From Saccostrea echinata (Eukaryota): 64,000 nucleotides of DNA. The translations under genes and the position numbers were made by a program. The stretch is from NCBI RefSeq assembly GCF_033153115.1, contig NW_026889750.1, positions 32,364,001 to 32,428,000 of the forward strand, read 5' to 3'. The stretch's first letter is position 1. The number at the start of each line of letters is the position of its first letter. Below the pieces are notes generated by a model. That model did no database searches. It had not been told where the DNA came from and was given only the letters and a program-made list of their open reading frames with translations. Shown here piece by piece: positions 63,114 to 64,000 of the stretch.

Positions 63114-64000
63114 AACAAGAGGCCCATGGGCCACAACACTCACCTGAGTAACTTTAGCACTGCTGCTTTTCATCAGATTTTAAAGAGATTTTTATACTCT
63201 AGTGAAAAATTATGACCCATATCATGTCTAACTCTGTGGGATATCTGAATCTACACAACATGGGGATGCTTCAATATCAACATGACTAACATGGCCTTGA
63301 AGTTTGGAAGAAGAAAATTCTTTTCTTGTATACATGCATTACGCAAAAAAGATTTAATTTTTTTTCTAATATATTTCAATATCAAACTTTGATCCCCTTC
63401 TGTGGCCCCACCCTACCCCTATTGGGAGGGGGGGGGTATGATTTGAACACTACACTACCTCAGGAAGCTTTCACATAAGTTTCTTTGTTTCTGCTCCAGT
63501 GGAGAAGATTTGAAAAGATTTTTCCTTTATATTTCAATGTCAAATTTAGAATCCCTATTTTTGCCCCACCAAACCCAAAGTGGCCATAATTGAAAAATTT
63601 TGAATCTAGACTACCTCAGGAAGCTTTCACATAAGTTTCATTGTTTCTGGTCTACTGGAGAAGATTGAAAAGATTTTTTCTATATATCTCAATGACAAAA
63701 TTTGATTACCTATTTTTGCCCCATCCTACCCCTAGAGGCCATGAACTGTTCAATATAGAATTTACAGTACCTAGGAAGTTTCCACATGAGTTTCATCTTT
63801 TCTGGCCCACTGGTTCTTGAGAAGAAGATTTTTTGATGACCCCAACCTATTTTTGCCTTTTCTTAATTATCTCCCCTTGGAATGGGGCTTGGCCCTTCAT
63901 TTGAATAATTTAGGTTCCCCTTTACCCAATTTCTTTTTGATAACTTTGGTTAAATTGGCCCAGTGGATCTTGAGAAGAAGTTGAAAATTTGAAAAGTTAA
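63114..64000 (+). mobile_element. Cg170-type satellite Helentron-like element running off the window
   Basis: Head AACAAGAGGCCCATGGGCCAC..CTCACCTGAG, about 160-bp units, start of the tail. Confidence 0.85.

Noticed and set aside
57033-64000. Upstream GTDC1 coding exons
   Set aside because: No segment resembling the N-terminal GTDC1 domain was found; the region is almost entirely repeats, so those exons probably lie beyond the window

Overview
AT-rich eukaryotic genomic DNA; the repeat families resemble those of oysters (Ostreidae), which is an inference. Two spliced protein-coding genes lie on the minus strand. (1) A complete SLC20/PiT Na+-phosphate cotransporter: 14 core coding exons, 19735 to 14077, about 566 aa. 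Its cytoplasmic loop is built from frame-symmetric phase-1 exons plus two candidate microexons, and it has up to four candidate alternative non-coding first exons out to about 35.6 kb. (2) The last six exons (57032 to 46705) of GTDC1/QTMAN (queuosine-tRNA mannosyltransferase); its 5' exons were not found in the window. A possible 5' start of a third minus-strand gene is at about 1.45-1.9 kb. The remainder is dense, often nested, non-autonomous mobile DNA: satellite-bearing Helentron/Pearl-like elements, Kolobok-like TTAA elements (one with a tRNA-like Pol III cassette), Harbinger-, MULE- and TA-type MITEs, Crypton-like palindromes, tRNA-derived SINEs and a Penelope-like retroelement 3' end. 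There is no CRISPR array, rRNA or intact tRNA. Most ORFs in the track are spurious.
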